32,000 nt of DNA, from positions 129,001-161,000 of the forward strand of contig BAAGDD010007416.1 of NCBI GenBank assembly GCA_054660715.1, read 5' to 3'. Every line of letters begins with the position of its first letter. Position 1 is the first letter of the stretch. Origin of the DNA: Chrysotila carterae. Its lineage: Eukaryota. Positions 28,748 to 32,000 of this stretch are shown here, in pieces. The notes under the pieces were generated by a model. That model ran no database searches. It was not told the origin of the DNA and saw only the letters and a program-made list of their open reading frames with translations. Position numbers and translations under genes: made by a program.

Positions 28748-28791
28748 GGGGGTGAAAGCTGCATACCGTCCACGGTATAAACTCTACCCCC
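28748..28791. repeat. Imperfect inverted repeat / hairpin
   Basis: GGGGGT (28748-28753) ... ATACCGT CC ACGGTAT (28763-28778) ... ACCCCC (28786-28791). Confidence 0.7.
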
Positions 28792-29105
28792 TCCAGCAGG
28801 GCGGGGGGAGCCCACAATAGTCCACTCACCGTTAGCAGAGCTTCCCCGCTACACCCTGCATCAAGCACGTGCCGCCTCTCAACAGGATATGAGATCGGTC
28901 AAGATGGCCGCCGCCACGGATATTCTCTTACGGGAAATATCTCGTGAGCGGCGGCCATCGTTTGCTAGTGCGCCCACTAAGCTACTATTGATGGGAGATG
29001 TCGGGTTTTCTAGAAGTAGACGAATTTGGATATGTGCGGGTCGGGAGATCGCGAGCTCGCACGGCGCAGACACAGTGGAGCGAGAGCTTTGCCACCTCAC
29101 TGCTG

Positions 29106-29151
29106 CGCGACACCGTGACAGCCACCACGGCCTTGCCCGACGTGACGCAGG
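29106..29151. repeat. 46-nt direct repeat, copy 1
   Basis: CGCGACACCGTGACAGCCACCACGGCCTTGCCCGACGTGACGCAGG; 2 mismatches to 29223-29268. Confidence 0.85.
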
Positions 29152-29222
29152 TGGTCTAGCGCATGCTCGCACTCCAAGCGTCGCATGCTTAAGCTCAAAC
29201 TTACGCACAACATGAGTGTTGC

Positions 29223-29268
29223 CGCGACACCGGGACAGCCACCACGGCCTTGCCCGACGTGATGCAGG
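29223..29268. repeat. 46-nt direct repeat, copy 2
   Basis: CGCGACACCGGGACAGCCACCACGGCCTTGCCCGACGTGATGCAGG; offset 117 nt from copy 1. Confidence 0.85.
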
Positions 29269-30188
29269 AAAACCCTCCTCTCTCTCTTTCCGCGTCTCGC
29301 TTTATGACACACATATTTAACTTTTATTGACTCTGAGGGAGCAAGGCCCTCGCGCGTATGCGCGCTAGAGAGAAAGCCGTAACCGTGTCGTGAGAGAACG
29401 CCTCTTGACCGCCGCCAGCGACGTCGAGGGTATACGGCGTGTGTTTTGGTAGGGACGGTTGTCGTAATTGCAAAGAGAAGGGTACGCAAAACGACGACGT
29501 TGGCCTCGGAGGCGCTCCATCCCTGTCGGCGTGCGCCGGCGCGCCGGCGCAGTGCTCTGAATCGCCCGAAGAGGGCGGGGAAAGAGGGGTTTGAGACGCA
29601 GAGAGACGTCTGTGTCTATATGCGCTCACGGCATGACGACACGATCCACAGTGGTGGGTGGGTGGGGCCCTAACAGGAACAATTTAACGCGCAGGAAGGC
29701 ATGAGTGTGCCGTCCCGCAGGGTGCTCATCTCCCAACAAGTGCAGCACGCCGCGCGCTGCGTGCGGGAATTTGTCCCGGTTTGCAGCCACGGGTTTGCAT
29801 TGTCCTAGCCGTTGCGGTGGAACGCGCGGGCGTGCGCTGCGCGTGAGGCGCGGCGGGCGTTCAGGGCGCCTAGCGACGCCTCAGCGGCGGTGTGAGACTG
29901 CCACACACAAACACGCCGCCCGCATACGCCTCCTTGGCTTGTCTCCCCTGAACGGGGTACGAGTCACAAGGCGGTGTGCGCGGGAAGGCCGTGCCACCAG
30001 AATAGACCACTGTGTGGAACAGCACGCTGGACCTTGTAATGGTAAGGTTGGCGCGGAGCAGAGGCGAAGCTCATGTGCGGCGTGGATTGACGCGGGGAGC
30101 GTGCGGTAAGCGCGACGGCGTCTGGGGCAAAGGAGCTGACTGCCTCGGCGTACGCGCGCGAGGGTGGCGCGCGCGAGCCGCTTGGCAC

Positions 30189-31161
30189 CTAAAGCGCTGA
30201 GCGAAGGCGCCACAGGTGCGAGATCAGGAGCCACTTGTCTTCGTATGGCCGGCCGTCGTGGGAGACGGCGTAGTTGAAGGAGACGAGAACGGCTCGGAGG
30301 CGGCGGCGACGGACCGTGACGGTCCAGCTGACGCCTTCGTTCTCCTCGCAGAGGTATTGCGGATAAACGGTGGAGGGGACGAGGAGCGTCGTGTCCGGTC
30401 GGCACTCTGACGGGGATGGCGTAGCGAGTGGTGGCGCAGAGGTGACCAATGGGCCTGAGGCGGAGACGCTGTGGACGCCCGCCGCGGCTTCTGCGGAAAG
30501 GCTGTTGGCGGAGGCATGAGGCTTGGCGCGATTGCTTGCGGCGGAGGCGGTCCCACGAGCGCGGGAGGAGGCCGGCGGCGCGGGACGCTTGCGACGCTGA
30601 GACGGAGAGAGTGTGTCTTCTTCGGAGGCGGTGTCGTTGAAGAGGTGGAGCTCGGCAAACGCCTCGGAATTGTCGACAATTGGCAGAGTTGATGTGAGGA
30701 TGGCGTCGACACGGCATTTCTCTGCCTTATCAGTCCAGCCTGCATTCTCCGCGGTGCCAAGTCTGGCATAGACGCGGAGACTCTGAGGGGAGGCCCAGCG
30801 ACAGATGAGTTGGATGTTTTCGTCCGGGTAACCTGCAGCTCGAAGGGCGCACGCGAGGCCGATACGGAGGGAGTGCCAGGAATAGACGCGGGCTGTCTGC
30901 GCGTCGAAGAGGTGCGAGAGCAAATTGCGCAGCCACGTGTTGAGCGTCAAGTGGGCGTATGGTTCGCCGCGCTCGTCTGCGCGTTATCGCACGCTCCCCG
31001 CCGTAGCATGGGTGCGTGAGCTCGAGGATGCCAAGGGCTGGCGCTGCGTTGGTTGGCTGGAGCGGGTCGTAAGGGAGGACAGAGGGGAAAGACGAGTACA
31101 CGACCCCGGCGAGGTCGGTTTTGGAACGCGAGGCGAGGTAAACGACGTCGCCCACGCGCAT
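30189..31161 (-). pseudogene. Tyrosine recombinase (YR)-like gene from a mobile element, likely frame-disrupted
   Basis: Minus ORF 30950..30189 has YSWHSLRIGLACALRAAGYPDENIQLICRWASPQSLRVYARLG (HxLR ... RWxS ... Y; HSLR at 30875-30864, Tyr at 30770-30768). Upstream in a different minus frame, GDVVYLASRSKTDLAGVVY...NAAPALGILELTHP resembles the upstream part of the catalytic domain. The frame change near 30950-31000 suggests decay. Confidence 0.6.
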
Positions 31162-31589
31162 GTGTGCGAGGTCTTCGTTTCGGCGTCACCCCTGAGTTCA
31201 ACGCCCTGGTCAAGACCGCCTCAAAGGGCGTGCCAGCCATCGTCCCCAAAGGCAAGGGCAACGCCATCGTCGTCGCCGCCTGTGGCGCAGTCATGGTGCA
31301 GAACAAGGTCGAGGTCCGCTTTGGCGACCACCTGGATATGGTCTTCCACAAGCACAACAAGTCCATCCCCCTCGACGCGGGCTACGGTCTACATGTCCGG
31401 CCACTCAACTCAACGGAGTTTGAGTACATCTGCAACAAGCATCATGGCGTCACCTCGGATGTCATCACCCGCGGTAAGACTGCTGGTCAGGAGGGCCCTC
31501 GAGCAGGCTCACCGTGGCAGACACTGCATGGCTGTGAGATGCGCGCCTGCCCGGTGTGTCCGTGGAGCGCATCCGCCACCTGCCTGATG

Positions 31590-32000
31590 TCACTGCAGAT
31601 GCACGCGCCACGCTCGCACACGCTCAGCCACACCACTTGGCCGATGACGATACACTTGCGGCCAATGCACCGCGCATCCATGCACCGCCACGCGAGCGCA
31701 TCGCCACGGAGCGTCGCGGGCAGCTGACCTGCACGGACCTGATCGGCCCATTCAAGCCGTCAAAGTTCACGGGCAACCGCTACGGAGCGCCCTTCCTCGA
31801 CATGCACCAGGGCACCAGCGACGTGGGCTTCGTCCCTTCCAAGGACAAGTTCCCCGCTGCGCTGCGCTCGTACATTGTGCGCAACCAGGACAACCATGGC
31901 TGCAACTTTGCTGGCGGCGCGCTCTACGGCAACAACGAGATTGTGCTGAACAGCGCCAAGGTCGGCCTTGTGCTCAAGGACTACGACATGTACCACACCA
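31590..32000 (+). mobile_element. Possible Ty1/copia-like integrase core fragment (continues right)
   Basis: Open frame with ERRGQLTCTDLIGPFKPSKFTGNRYGAPFLDMHQGTSDVGFVPSKDKFPAALRSYI...YGNNEIVLNSAKVGLVLKDYDMYHT, resembling the D-x-x-GP...RY...F.D...K.K and DNxE...L..Y.I.H pattern of retroviral-type integrases. Confidence 0.5.

Noticed and set aside
28882-29220. Minus/plus ORFs at 28879-29215 as genes
   Set aside because: Low-complexity Arg/Ser/Ala-rich translations with no recognisable motif, and the ORFs overlap on both strands.
29705-30717. ORFs 29705-30109 (+) and 29881-30717 (-) as protein-coding genes
   Set aside because: Composition-biased, mutually overlapping and with no domain motif. 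The only recognisable signal in the neighbourhood is the tyrosine recombinase in another minus-strand frame.
1-32000. CRISPR array, tRNA or rRNA genes
   Set aside because: No short regularly spaced repeats with unique spacers and no recognisable tRNA or rRNA sequence were seen. The long repeats are protein-coding modules.

Overview
The first ~28 kb carries the 3' part of a eukaryotic-looking (intron-containing, high-GC, probably microalgal) giant modular type I polyketide synthase. It holds a tandem array of ~5.17 kb, near-identical modules. Copies start at 1, 5170 and 10336, and a fourth, partial copy starts at 15501. Each module encodes KS-DH-(KR structural part)-ER-KR-ACP and no acyltransferase, so it looks trans-AT-like and fully reducing. 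Each module is one ~5 kb open exon, interrupted inside the DH C-terminus by a short stop-containing spacer with conserved splice-like signals. The last KS is a mosaic. Its N-terminal half is near-identical to the array. Its C-terminal half is diverged and has lost the HGTGT histidine (EAHGTGT -> EAAAVGS), which resembles a non-elongating KS0. It is followed by ACP-thioesterase-ACP-FAAL-like adenylation domain (split by five reconstructable introns)-possible KR-like remnant-condensation-like domain, with a stop at 27919-27921. An internal TE followed by ACP-AL-C is an unusual termination architecture. Sequence variants among the repeat copies are patchwork (some sites group copies 1=2/3=4, others 1=3/2=4), which suggests ongoing gene conversion or unequal exchange. 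Right of ~28 kb is non-PKS sequence: a hairpin, a short direct repeat, a frame-disrupted tyrosine recombinase (minus strand) and a possible Ty1/copia-like integrase fragment (plus strand). All domain calls come from motif recognition by eye; no database search was run.
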